Assembly (NCBI GenBank): GCA_044070495.1
Contig: JBIPSI010000003.1
Coordinates: 32,001-96,000, forward strand
Reading direction: 5' to 3'
Origin: Spirulina sp.
GTDB taxonomy: Bacteria; Cyanobacteriota; Cyanobacteriia; Phormidesmidales; Phormidesmidaceae
Length of the DNA stretch: 64,000 bases
Shown here piece after piece: positions 27,085 to 36,738 of this stretch. The notes below the pieces were generated by a model that was not told where the DNA came from, did not search any database, and saw only the letters and a list, made by a program, of their open reading frames with translations. How positions within the stretch are numbered: position 1 is the stretch's first letter; each line of letters begins with the position of its first letter. The position numbers and the translations under genes are program-made.

Positions 27085-27597
27085 TCAGAATAGGCTGAGT
27101 TGGGTTTTCGCCTCCCTTAGCTGAGTCTCGATGTCTCGGCCAATTGTGGCTTCAAACAGTTGGCCTGTGCTTTGTTCCCATCCTGGGCAGGTAACAATCT
27201 CGCCGTCCTGGGTGCGGAAGCCTTCGGGCACCTCGATGCCTAGCTCGGACTCTAGCCAGTTGGCGGCAAGCCGTCGATGGCAAAAGTCGGTGGGTTTCTC
27301 GAAGCAAAGCAGGATGGGCCGAACCGTGGCGACCTCTGATTCTGGTAGACCTAGGCTGCGGGCCTGTTCCTGGGCGATGTGGCATAAATCTTGATACACC
27401 TGCTGAGCATCTAGCCCTTGCAGAATTTCCATGTAGAGCGGGATGTACTCTTCGACAGAGGCCGACCGATACCAGGGGCCAGGGGCCAGGGCGCGGTAGC
27501 TGGGATACTTGCCATTGGCCCAGCGGGGCTGACTCCGACTGATGCAGATTGCGCCAGGGGTGGCAGGTGGTGTCTTGCCGTAATAACTCGTCAACAT
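27085..27597 (-). CDS. DUF488-like protein
   Basis: TSYY, ISRSQP, LAP, LLCFEKP..FCHRRLAA.WL; ATG 27597 behind AGAGGTCACAC. Confidence 0.7.
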   Translation of the reverse strand: MLTSYYGKTPPATPGAICISRSQPRWANGKYPSYRALAPGPWYRSASVEEYIPLYMEILQGLDAQQVYQDLCHIAQEQARSLGLPESEVATVRPILLCFEKPTDFCHRRLAANWLESELGIEVPEGFRTQDGEIVTCPGWEQSTGQLFEATIGRDIETQLREAKTQLSLF

Positions 27598-27791
27598 GTG
27601 TGACCTCTCTTGCGTGAGTCGCGCCAACGACGGTTGAAGTCTCGCCGCTTGGCGTCGTTGTACTTTTTGAAAGCTGCTCTGGATGCGGCCAGGGCTTGGG
27701 TTAGCCGCCTTGGTTCACCCGCCGCTATCGCAAACTGATATTCACGTTCACTGTCTAGGTATGCTTGCTTTAGCCGCTCTAGGCTGTCCAT
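27591..27791 (-). CDS. Small hypothetical protein
   Basis: Overlaps the start of the DUF488-like gene. Confidence 0.5.
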   Translation of the reverse strand: MDSLERLKQAYLDSEREYQFAIAAGEPRRLTQALAASRAAFKKYNDAKRRDFNRRWRDSRKRGHTC

Positions 27792-27944
27792 GAGGCTGAT
27801 TTGGAACTATATCTAATTCTAACACGAAATACCCTTAAGTGCTTGCTGTGCAAGGGTTTCAGGGATTAGTATTGCGCTTTAGGGATTTAGTGTATCCTGT
27901 ATGAAGATATGCGGCGACTCTGAGAGGGCACCTGCGACCTGTAG

Positions 27945-29345
27945 GTGTTGGGGCTCATCACCCCTAGCCGCTCCAAGCTTTTGGTTATGCCGTTTTTTGG
28001 AACAGTCCCCGGCAAGTGCGTTGAGCAGGTTATTGGCGTCGTCCCCTTCAAGGAATGGCCTGCAATTTATGTTTGCTGCTCTGGGACATTTCGCATTGAG
28101 CAAGCCCTAACCCAGGCGCTTGGCTCTGGTGCGCCCATCTATAGCAATGACGTGAGCTTATACAGTTCGGTGCTGGGCGCTTGGCTGACAGATCGCCCCT
28201 TTGCCCTTACCTTCCAGGACGAGTTGGCCTTTGTCCAGGAGCGATTTAACGAAGACTTTTGTGCAGGGGTTGCCTCGGTGCTGGTGGCCCATGAGATGAG
28301 CCGTTTCGTGCGGAACAATGACTACAGTCGCCAGATGTTTGGCTACTATGTCGAACACTTCGAGATGTTCCACGAAAAGGCGATCACCAAGCTCGGCCAC
28401 CTCAAGGAAACCGTCAGCATTCGCGACTACCGGGCGAGGGACTGGCGGGAGCATGTCGATGAAGCGATTGCCCAGGGTGCAGGCATTGCCGCGTTCCCGC
28501 CCTTCATCATGGGCGATTACGAAAAGCAGTACGCCTTTCTAGATCGATGCGTCACCTGGCCAGCCCCCGCCTACGCACTATACGACCCATCCCAACTAGA
28601 CAGCATCCTCGACAAAATCGAATCCTCTGGAGTGCCCTACTGTGTGCTCTCCGATCAAACCTGGCCGGAGAAGCGACAACCCATGCTGCACTACGTTCAG
28701 GGGCGAAAGAAGCCTCACTTCTGCTACGCCAATAGCAATCGCAGCAGTGTTCGGCATTTGACCTCTGTCAATCAACCGTTCAAGTACGAGCCCGTGGATG
28801 TTTGGGCGTTGCGCCCTACCTCGGTTGTAGAGGTAGCCCAGGCTCCCGGTGATGCCCTCAACTACTTCAAGGACATCTACCTGGCCAAAAACATCATCCA
28901 CACAGGTGGCCTGCGGGGCTACTTCGTGTTGATAGATGGCAAGTACGCTGGCGGCATCATCTATGCAGACTGCCAGCGCAGCACGGGCAAGGTCAACTCC
29001 CGCCAAGCGCTCTATGTACTCTCTGACCTATCGGTAACGGGAGATCGCCGACTCTCGAAACTGATTGCGATGTTAGCCACCAGTCGGGACGTGGTGCGTC
29101 CCTTGGCCGTGCGACTCATGAAGCGCGTGGACTGGGTAGTGACGACAGCTCGCTCGAAGGGGCCAGTCTCCATGAAGTATCGCGACATCTACGAGCTGGT
29201 CACTCGAAGCTACAGCGAGGAAGAGGAGCGCTACATCCTGAACTATGCCGCTCCGGTTGTCGCGAAGTCCCCCCAGCAGATCTACAAGCAGTGGTTCAAA
29301 AAATATGCCAGCAAAGCAACCCGACCCAATGATGCCCACCCCTGA
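27945..29345 (+). CDS. Putative DNA-modification protein: adenine-methyltransferase-like N-terminus plus possible GNAT/Mom-like C-terminus
   Basis: VCCSGTF.IE, YSNDVSLYS, AFPPF....YEK; C-terminal VLIDGKYAGG...YVLSD...RLSKLI...SMKYR; real start may be 27987. Confidence 0.55.
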   Translation: MLGLITPSRSKLLVMPFFGTVPGKCVEQVIGVVPFKEWPAIYVCCSGTFRIEQALTQALGSGAPIYSNDVSLYSSVLGAWLTDRPFALTFQDELAFVQERFNEDFCAGVASVLVAHEMSRFVRNNDYSRQMFGYYVEHFEMFHEKAITKLGHLKETVSIRDYRARDWREHVDEAIAQGAGIAAFPPFIMGDYEKQYAFLDRCVTWPAPAYALYDPSQLDSILDKIESSGVPYCVLSDQTWPEKRQPMLHYVQGRKKPHFCYANSNRSSVRHLTSVNQPFKYEPVDVWALRPTSVVEVAQAPGDALNYFKDIYLAKNIIHTGGLRGYFVLIDGKYAGGIIYADCQRSTGKVNSRQALYVLSDLSVTGDRRLSKLIAMLATSRDVVRPLAVRLMKRVDWVVTTARSKGPVSMKYRDIYELVTRSYSEEEERYILNYAAPVVAKSPQQIYKQWFKKYASKATRPNDAHP

Positions 29346-30084
29346 TGGGCCAATCGAAACCCAACAGTACAACATCGACCCTCGCCAGCTTATTCGGCTG
29401 GCCACCCACGACAATGCTCGATACATGACGGCGGAGCAGATGGGGCAACTGACCGCTAACCTACGGCGGGATGGTTCTTTAACCTCTGCCGTTCTGGTTT
29501 ACAAGATGAACCCCGCCCAGGATGAGTTGACTGTTCTCTCTGGCAACCACCGGGCTGAGGCGGCGATTGCGGCTGAACTAGACACAATTCCTGTCATTGA
29601 GATTACGACCCGGCTCTCCCCGGCACGGCTGCGGGCCATCCAGCTCAGCCACAACGCCATCACGGGCCAGGACGACCTGAACATCTTACTCAAGCTTTAT
29701 GAGGAACTGCCCCTCGAAGAAAAGCTGTACTCCGGGCTTACGGACGATGACTTTGAGGCGCTGCAACCGCTGGACCTGAGCGGATTATCGGTGGGTCAGC
29801 CGGAATACCAGTCCGTCGAGCTTCTCTTCTTTCCCTCGGAACAGGAGGCTTTTTCACAACTCCTGCAATCGCTGAAGCTAAACGAGCGGGTCAAAGACAG
29901 GTTTTGGCTGGCCGACCTACGCGACTTCGATGCGGTCTTTGATGCTGTGGTGGGCACCAAGGAAACCAAAAACATTCACAATACGGCGCTGGCGTTTCGG
30001 GCCATGGCGCAACTGGCCCTAGAGCGGCTGGAACAACTCACAGCGGAGGCTGACCATGCCCAGGCAACGGATCGAAATCACTGA
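29305..30084 (+). CDS. ParB/sulfiredoxin-like N-terminal domain protein
   Basis: NARYM...L..NLRRDG, VLSGNHRAEAA, QLSHNAI.G.DD; start 29305 or 29329. Confidence 0.75.
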   Translation: MPAKQPDPMMPTPDGPIETQQYNIDPRQLIRLATHDNARYMTAEQMGQLTANLRRDGSLTSAVLVYKMNPAQDELTVLSGNHRAEAAIAAELDTIPVIEITTRLSPARLRAIQLSHNAITGQDDLNILLKLYEELPLEEKLYSGLTDDDFEALQPLDLSGLSVGQPEYQSVELLFFPSEQEAFSQLLQSLKLNERVKDRFWLADLRDFDAVFDAVVGTKETKNIHNTALAFRAMAQLALERLEQLTAEADHAQATDRNH

Positions 30085-30502
30085 GCGGGACAAACAACAG
30101 ATCGAGGTGATGGCCGGACTGGGGATGACCGTTGAGCAGATTGCCCAGGTGCTTGGTATCTCACCCAGGACGTTTAACCGATGGTGCGAGTCGCCCGACG
30201 TTTTGGCGCACTATAAAAAAGGCCAAGACTCGGCTCAGGTCACCATCGCCAAGTCGCTCTTTGAAAAGGCGAAGGGCGGCGATACGACCGCTATCATTTG
30301 GTACGAAAAGACCAGGGCCGGACGGCGCGAAACGACCCAGGTCGAGGTTGTGGATGAGCGGGTCAAGGAAGAATTACGCGATTTCCTGGCCTACCTGCGA
30401 TCACATCTACCCCCTGACCAATTCACGGCCTTGATCGATGGCTACCAGCAGCAGTCTACTCAGCGAGGTGCTAAGCGAGTTCCGTCAGGACGAGGCGGAT
30501 AA
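30056..30502 (+). CDS. Terminase small subunit (HTH)
   Basis: GMTVEQIAQVLGISPRTF HTH, SLFEKAKGGDTTAIIWYEK; directly upstream of the large subunit. Confidence 0.7.
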   Translation: MPRQRIEITERDKQQIEVMAGLGMTVEQIAQVLGISPRTFNRWCESPDVLAHYKKGQDSAQVTIAKSLFEKAKGGDTTAIIWYEKTRAGRRETTQVEVVDERVKEELRDFLAYLRSHLPPDQFTALIDGYQQQSTQRGAKRVPSGRGG

Positions 30503-32444
30503 CGGCGATGCGCGGCTCTGGCAAATGCGATCCCAGTTCGTGACCGATGCGTACCAAACGGGTGGGGCAGGCTTCGTGGCGACGGCGAAGCGATACGGAC
30601 GTACTGACCGGGGGCAGGAACTAGACTGGCCGCTCTGGTTTGAGCAACTCCTGCTAGCCATTGGCGACTTCAGGCTTCAGCACACCCTAACGACTGGCCC
30701 TAGCCAGTGCGGCAAGACCCTGGGCCATAACTTGCTCAATGCCTACTGTTTAGCGGAGGGACGGCTAAACACATTCACGGTCTATGACCTGGAGCGCACC
30801 CTGTACCGGAACGTTCCCCTACAGTTCAAGCCAACCTTGGCGCGGTGGTTGGCAGCAGCGGGCCTCTCCGCCAAGACCTCAGAACGACGGGACTCCGGTG
30901 ATCGCACGGGGCTAGCCTCTGGCCGTAGCCAGAACAATACCCTGATTCAGGTGAACGATGGCAGCGCCATGTTCGGGTTTGCCAGTACCTCGGCGGAGGC
31001 CAGGGGCGATCGCACGGCAGCGGCGGGGTCTTCGGTCATCTCTCTGACGGCTGACATTCTGTTTATGGATGAGCGTTCTAAGTTTGCCCCCGGCTCGGCT
31101 GGCCCCCTGGTGCGTCGTTTGGATGCCAGCATTTTGCCGACCCGCCCGATTCGGGAACTGGGTACCCCTGGCGGGGGCAATGGCATCGAGGCTGTCATCC
31201 GCACCGCCGACTATCACTTCTACCCGCATTACCGCTGCCCGTCCTGCGCTGCGGTCGCAGCCCTTGACCCTAAGGGTTGTTTACTCAAACCCTTCGAGAC
31301 AACTGACCCGGCGGGCAACCCGGTGATCCGCTACCTGAGCGAGGCTGGCCGCCCTATCGCCAAAACCCTCCCCGATGGACGAATGGAGGCCTACTGGCAT
31401 CACCATGATCCCTACAACGCCATCGCGACGGCCTACATTGGCTGCTCAGCCTGCGGGGCGGAACTGGGGGCAGAGGTGAGAGCCTCTGCCTGGTTCCAAT
31501 GCCTGAAGACTGGGGTGCGATTGGTGGACTTTCTGGACGGGCTACCCACCCAATCGCCCTGGCCAAACTATCGAGTCGCTTTTCACCTAACGCCCCTGAC
31601 CCGCAATCGCGAAACCAATGAGGCAGAACGCCTGATCCGAGACGGCATCGACACGGCTAACCCAACCGACTGGCAGCAGCAGGGGCTAGGCCACCAAAGC
31701 GAAGAATCGGCCAACTCGGTGCCCCTAGAGTCAATTCGCGCCGCCATCAATGGCCCCCGCCCGAACGGTGAACCAGACTTTGTATTGGCTGGGGTTGACC
31801 AGGGCCGGGGTGAGGATTGGCTGTGGGTCTGTGCCTATCATCTCCCCATGGGTTGGCAGACCATGAAGACTGAGCTGGTTATTCAGCAGACATTGCGTCA
31901 CGTCCTCTTTGGTGGCGACATCATGCGTTCTGAACTGGGGGATCGCCTGGAGCTATTGGGGGTCAGCTTCGGGTTAATCGACAACGAACCCGACCGTAGC
32001 GATGCGGCATGGCTCTGTACCCAGACGGCCCTGGAGATGGCCGACCAACGTAGCACCCTAGCCGATGCCGTTAAGCGCGGCAAGGTGAAGGACGGCGGCG
32101 AGGTACTCGACTCCTGGTTTATCCGTAATGGCAAATTCTTAAAGCAGGTACTCACCAGCTTTCTTACCCTGGCCCCCGATGGCGCTCCGCTCTATCGTTT
32201 GCCCCCGCCCTGGGAACAATGGCTGGCGAATACCTCCAGCGAACGTAGCCCGGTACGCCACCTGATGGCTCCCAGCCACGACCCGGCTACAGGCGAATGG
32301 TTCAGGGGCGAGGGCAACATTGATGACCTCTACTATGCCGCCATGTTCTGCGAAGCGGCCTTCTACATCAAACTCACCACCGGACAGCGATCACCCGCCG
32401 CCAAGATGCCCTATCGTTCCAGGGTGGCCCGCCGTCCGTACTAA
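30438..32444 (+). CDS. Terminase large subunit (GpA-like, with zinc ribbons)
   Basis: Walker A GPSQCGKT, Walker B LFMDE, GTP motif, CPSC/CSAC, nuclease-like AGVDQG. Confidence 0.75.
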   Translation: MATSSSLLSEVLSEFRQDEADNGDARLWQMRSQFVTDAYQTGGAGFVATAKRYGRTDRGQELDWPLWFEQLLLAIGDFRLQHTLTTGPSQCGKTLGHNLLNAYCLAEGRLNTFTVYDLERTLYRNVPLQFKPTLARWLAAAGLSAKTSERRDSGDRTGLASGRSQNNTLIQVNDGSAMFGFASTSAEARGDRTAAAGSSVISLTADILFMDERSKFAPGSAGPLVRRLDASILPTRPIRELGTPGGGNGIEAVIRTADYHFYPHYRCPSCAAVAALDPKGCLLKPFETTDPAGNPVIRYLSEAGRPIAKTLPDGRMEAYWHHHDPYNAIATAYIGCSACGAELGAEVRASAWFQCLKTGVRLVDFLDGLPTQSPWPNYRVAFHLTPLTRNRETNEAERLIRDGIDTANPTDWQQQGLGHQSEESANSVPLESIRAAINGPRPNGEPDFVLAGVDQGRGEDWLWVCAYHLPMGWQTMKTELVIQQTLRHVLFGGDIMRSELGDRLELLGVSFGLIDNEPDRSDAAWLCTQTALEMADQRSTLADAVKRGKVKDGGEVLDSWFIRNGKFLKQVLTSFLTLAPDGAPLYRLPPPWEQWLANTSSERSPVRHLMAPSHDPATGEWFRGEGNIDDLYYAAMFCEAAFYIKLTTGQRSPAAKMPYRSRVARRPY

Positions 32445-32449
32445 AGGGA

Positions 32450-32740
32450 TTACGGCTGAGGCTCATCAGGCTCTATATTTAGCTCTTGGCAAAAGGTGAT
32501 GTAATGCCCCCGCCCCTCCACTCGCCACCGTCTTGACTTCAGAAATGGCCTCGCTGTTACCCACTCGACCACGGTTGCCTTAGCCAGTGCGATCGCCGAT
32601 TCAGGGGACTCGGCCCGGAGTAATGCCCAGTCGGCCCAGCGTAGGACTTTGACGGTGGCCTGGGCGCGTCGTCCGTAGGCATAACCCAAGTTGGCTGACT
32701 CGTAGCCACCACTTTGCAGGACAAACACATCTTTCTCCAT
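32450..32740 (-). CDS. Hypothetical protein
   Basis: Follows the DUF5131 gene with GGAGG RBS. Confidence 0.5.
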   Translation of the reverse strand: MEKDVFVLQSGGYESANLGYAYGRRAQATVKVLRWADWALLRAESPESAIALAKATVVEWVTARPFLKSRRWRVEGRGHYITFCQELNIEPDEPQP

Positions 32741-32743
32741 GGT

Positions 32744-33571
32744 CTAGCCCTCCAGTGTCGGAAACTGCTGCACCTGGAGCGGTTCAGGCCACTCGTTCGG
32801 GTCGGTTCCCTTTGCCGTTACCTGGAACGTTAGACCGCCCCTCGTGGGACGAGATCCCGTCTGCTTCATAAACGGAGCTACTTTGTTAGACCGACACCAG
32901 GTGATGGCCTGCTCTGCCCAGTCGAGGTCGAAGGGTCTGGCCTTGGGGCCACTCTCGCCGCCAATCACCAACCAACTTAGGAACTCCCAGCCCTGCCAGT
33001 TCACTCGCTCTAGGGCAGGTTCGTAGGAGGCCCAGACCACGGCGCAATACTCAGCCAGTCGTTCCATAAACTCGCGCCGGACGTTGGCACAAGTTTGATC
33101 CTCAACCGTGCAGCCCAGCCAGACGTTAGTAGGTAGGCGGTCGCGATTGTTTAACCTACACCAGTCCATGGTGGCCCTTAGGGCGATGCCGGGGCGCTTA
33201 GTGAGTAGCTGAATAGTTTGGCTTGGCGCGGTTACAGCGGCATCTAGGACGGCGTACTGCCACGATCTGGGCACCCACTCACCGCAAAGGTCAGTCATGG
33301 AGCACACAAAGCGCTTGGCGGGTCGCCTCTTCTTGCTCCAGGCTTTTGGGATAGCCTCATCAAAAAACAGGTCATCTGGAGCCTCACCCGTGTAGGGACG
33401 ATGGCTGGCAAAGGCGAAGAATCCGCTCTGGTTGACGGCCTCCGCATAGCAGTTGGCACAGCCAGGGCTGATTTTTCGGCACCAGTGCCCGCCGTTGCCG
33501 CCAGTAGCACCTCGGCTCAGAAAGATTGGGTTATCGGTGTAGTCTGTCCATGAAATCGCGGTCTTACCCAT
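32744..33571 (-). CDS. DUF5131 (phage Gp37/Gp68) family protein
   Basis: TAISWTD.T.NP, CRKISPGCANCYA, FVCSMTDL, QLLTKRP, WLVIGGESGPKARP, FMKQ.G. Confidence 0.85.
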   Translation of the reverse strand: MGKTAISWTDYTDNPIFLSRGATGGNGGHWCRKISPGCANCYAEAVNQSGFFAFASHRPYTGEAPDDLFFDEAIPKAWSKKRRPAKRFVCSMTDLCGEWVPRSWQYAVLDAAVTAPSQTIQLLTKRPGIALRATMDWCRLNNRDRLPTNVWLGCTVEDQTCANVRREFMERLAEYCAVVWASYEPALERVNWQGWEFLSWLVIGGESGPKARPFDLDWAEQAITWCRSNKVAPFMKQTGSRPTRGGLTFQVTAKGTDPNEWPEPLQVQQFPTLEG

Positions 33572-33673
33572 GATTACAATCTCCACGATTGTGGCTCTAG
33601 GTGAACGTTGGAATAGCTAGATACAACAGAGCCATGACCCTTGAAAGATCGCGGCTCTGTTGTGGTGCAGGGG

Positions 33674-34840
33674 CTAGAGGTCAGCAGCGACGACCTGCGC
33701 CTGGACGGGAGGTAGAACCCGGATGACGGGCTGATCCGTCGGCACATGGATGGCGTTCAGCACCCAGTCGGCCAACGACCGAACCGAGCGGATCATGGTA
33801 GTCGGCTCACCACCACCATCCCAGGTGTAGTAACTGCCGTCATCCAGCGCATTGACACCAACGATCTGACCGTCCCGATAGACCGTGAGCGCCGGGGGCC
33901 AGGTGGCCGGATCACTTGTGATCTGATGCCGAGTAACTACGGGGCGGTGAATGTGATCAATCAGTCGAGTCGGTGCCCCTTGGGCGTGGCAACGGTTTCT
34001 GAATAGTTCAATGTAGCCGTCATCATCTGGCTGGTCAGTCAATGACCAGGCTTCATCGTAGTCAAACTGGGCATCACCATCCCCGTCTTCGTATGCCCCG
34101 CAACACCATGACCATCGATAGACCGTTAAGGGTTCATCGTGACCACAGGGCCACGGGGTATAGGCCGAAGCCGCCGCATCCACAACCGCCAGGATGGCTG
34201 TCTCCTGAGCCTCTAGCTCTTTTTCCAAAGCCTCCTGCTGCGCTATCTCTAGCTTTCGCTGCTGCTCCATGGCCCTGACTCGGCTATACCTATCCTCCTC
34301 CGCTGCTATCGCCGCCCGATTTCGTGCCATCGACTCGCCATACTGATGAACCATGAGGGCAATCATTTCGGGCCAGGACAACATATCGGGCAGGTGGTAG
34401 TCGTCCATGCGGGCCGTGGTGGCGTGGGGCGGAGTCACGGCCCACCGCATATATCCGTTCTCATCTTTGACCGCCATCGGAAAACATAGCGCTACCACAT
34501 CGCCCTTGGATGAGCCGTAGGCTGATTTTGCCCCCGGAAGACTGATTTCGAGATGGCATTCGACCTTCCGGCCCCGGTCATCCTCCACAAAGAACACCGC
34601 CGCTACCTTACCAATCTCAACGTTGGCTCGGTGACACTCCACCTTTAGGCCCATGCCGAGGGCGGTATATAAATCGATTGGGTTGCCCCCGATGATGCCC
34701 ACTCGCTCTAGTACCAGACGCGCATCCGCCTCTGCCCTTGAGATGGCCGCAGATACCTTGGCCTTTAATGCTTCCTGTTGCGCCCGCTCAGCCTGCTCTA
34801 TGCGCTGCTGCGCCTGCTGTGCTAATGCTTGAATACTCAT
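33674..34840 (-). CDS. Hypothetical phage protein
   Basis: Long ORF with AGAGGT RBS; terminator-like hairpin at 33622-33663 downstream. Confidence 0.7.
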   Translation of the reverse strand: MSIQALAQQAQQRIEQAERAQQEALKAKVSAAISRAEADARLVLERVGIIGGNPIDLYTALGMGLKVECHRANVEIGKVAAVFFVEDDRGRKVECHLEISLPGAKSAYGSSKGDVVALCFPMAVKDENGYMRWAVTPPHATTARMDDYHLPDMLSWPEMIALMVHQYGESMARNRAAIAAEEDRYSRVRAMEQQRKLEIAQQEALEKELEAQETAILAVVDAAASAYTPWPCGHDEPLTVYRWSWCCGAYEDGDGDAQFDYDEAWSLTDQPDDDGYIELFRNRCHAQGAPTRLIDHIHRPVVTRHQITSDPATWPPALTVYRDGQIVGVNALDDGSYYTWDGGGEPTTMIRSVRSLADWVLNAIHVPTDQPVIRVLPPVQAQVVAADL

Positions 34841-34903
34841 GACTACCTCTTGCGGATAAACAAATCAAAGCTGCTCACATGGTCGTGGGTAGCTCAGGAA
34901 CAA

Positions 34904-35119
34904 TTACTCAGAAACAGACTTAAAGCCCGCCACAAAGGCCATTGCGAACGGGTGACTGGAGCGAACAACGGGCACCGACCGATCCCCAACCTTAGCGATT
35001 GAGGGCAGCTTGATGTGGGTTCGTGCCCACTGCTGTCCAGCCTCATAGCAGCGCATCTCGATCTCCTGGTAGTAGTCGGGTAGACATCTACACCCGAAGG
35101 ACGCATAGGCAAATTTCAT
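34904..35119 (-). CDS. Small hypothetical protein
   Basis: ATG behind AGAGGTCACGCC and promoter repeat Q-2. Confidence 0.6.
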   Translation of the reverse strand: MKFAYASFGCRCLPDYYQEIEMRCYEAGQQWARTHIKLPSIAKVGDRSVPVVRSSHPFAMAFVAGFKSVSE

Positions 35120-35159
35120 GGCGTGACCTCTTTTGAACTTAAGTATATTATATCGTAAA
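35120..35159 (-). promoter_or_regulatory. Promoter/RBS repeat Q-2
   Basis: GGCGTGACCTC-N15-TATTATATCGTAAA, as at 13825-13864. Confidence 0.7.
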
Positions 35160-35220
35160 CAAGCCGGGATAAAAGCAAGTAATGCGGAAGGTTGCGATAG
35201 ATTTTGTATGGAGGTGCCCC

Positions 35221-36699
35221 ATGGTCGATTTGCTGCGGCTGAACGAGCGATACTATTCCGACTCCCACTGGTTTGCGTGGATCGGGCCGATCCTGCCGCC
35301 GACGGATGCCGATGCGGCCAGGGTTAATGCGGAGGTTGAGCGAGTATTTCAGGAGTCGAATAAGATCCGCGAGTGCGTAGATAGGCATCGACGGGCCTTG
35401 ACTGCTAAGCCTGCGGCCTGGTCTTTTGCTCACCCCCAGGGCAGCGAGGGCGAGGAATTTATGAACCTGCTGCTGGGCTGGATGGTAGGGCGTTCAGGGC
35501 GTTCGCGTCAGCCAGAGCACGGTGAACCGATATCGTTCCCGAATGCGATTGCGGAGGCGGTGCATTATCGGTTGCTGGGCGGCAAGGGCTACCTACGGTT
35601 ATGGCTTCCTGAACGACTCCAGACGGCGGAGCCATGGCAGCGGGTTGCTCTACACTCCCCCGACCCCAATGCCGTCACCGTTGAGCGGGATGCTGATGGG
35701 TTTCCGTGGCGCATCATCTACGAATACACCCACGCCGATGAAACGTGGCGAGAGGTGCAGGAGCTGGATGATCAAGGGCTAACCCAGTTCCGCACGGAGG
35801 ATAGCGGGGGCAGTGTCGTGAGCGGATCGGAGTATGCCCTCGAACTGGGCGGTCGGTTCACGATTGCTGAGATCCAGGGCACTCCGATTGTGCGGGCAGC
35901 GGAGCGTCGTTTGCAGGACGGGATTAACTACATCCTCACCCTGATGATTCGCAACCTTCAGTACGGTGGCTTCCTGCGAGACATCATCATCAACGGAATG
36001 CCCCCCGGCGAGTACGACAGTGCGGGGCGGTTCATCCCTGACCCTGGTGGCTGGGTCGAGGGGCCGGGGGCCAAACTAGAGGTAACGGGTATCCCGGTCT
36101 ACGATGCCGAGGGCAACGTCACGGGCTACACCACCCCCAGCGTGGACACTCGCAACCCGGTCGGCGTTGAACCGTTCCTCACCTCCTATCGCTCTAACGT
36201 GGCCCTGCTCTACGAGAGCTTTGGGCAGGGGCATATCCTGAGCAACGACTTGGCCATTTCCGGGGTATCCAGGGTACAGCTTCGCCAAGACTTCGTGAAT
36301 GCCGTTGCTGAGGATGCTGCGGCCCTGCGTATCGCCCTCAGCGACATCTATGCCGTTGCTTATCTATTGGCCAGTCCCGCCCCCGCCGATCCCTTGCTCA
36401 GCATTATCGTCGAATCTCGACTCAGCATTTCTGACCCAACCCCTGAAGAAGTCAGAACCCTCATCGAAACCCATGCCGCTCGCCTCCGCTCTACCCACAA
36501 CACCATGGCCCTGCTGGGCATCGAAAATCCCGCCGCCGAAATGGAGGCCATCGCAGAGGAAGAGGCCGAGCGCATGGCCGCGCACCAACTCACCCGCGAT
36601 GACCTCCTGAATGATGAGAACGATGAGGACGGCGAGGGCGACGAAACAGAGGACAGCGACCAAGAGCAGGAGGCTGCGGATGATGCCCCCGTGGCCTAA
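35221..36699 (+). CDS. Putative portal protein
   Basis: About 490 aa between terminase and head morphogenesis genes; ISGVSRVQ motif, acidic tail; GGAGG RBS before ATG 35221. Confidence 0.7.
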   Translation: MVDLLRLNERYYSDSHWFAWIGPILPPTDADAARVNAEVERVFQESNKIRECVDRHRRALTAKPAAWSFAHPQGSEGEEFMNLLLGWMVGRSGRSRQPEHGEPISFPNAIAEAVHYRLLGGKGYLRLWLPERLQTAEPWQRVALHSPDPNAVTVERDADGFPWRIIYEYTHADETWREVQELDDQGLTQFRTEDSGGSVVSGSEYALELGGRFTIAEIQGTPIVRAAERRLQDGINYILTLMIRNLQYGGFLRDIIINGMPPGEYDSAGRFIPDPGGWVEGPGAKLEVTGIPVYDAEGNVTGYTTPSVDTRNPVGVEPFLTSYRSNVALLYESFGQGHILSNDLAISGVSRVQLRQDFVNAVAEDAAALRIALSDIYAVAYLLASPAPADPLLSIIVESRLSISDPTPEEVRTLIETHAARLRSTHNTMALLGIENPAAEMEAIAEEEAERMAAHQLTRDDLLNDENDEDGEGDETEDSDQEQEAADDAPVA

Positions 36700-36738
36700 C
36701 CGTTACCTCGTATCGATGACAAAGGACTGGGATCTTCC

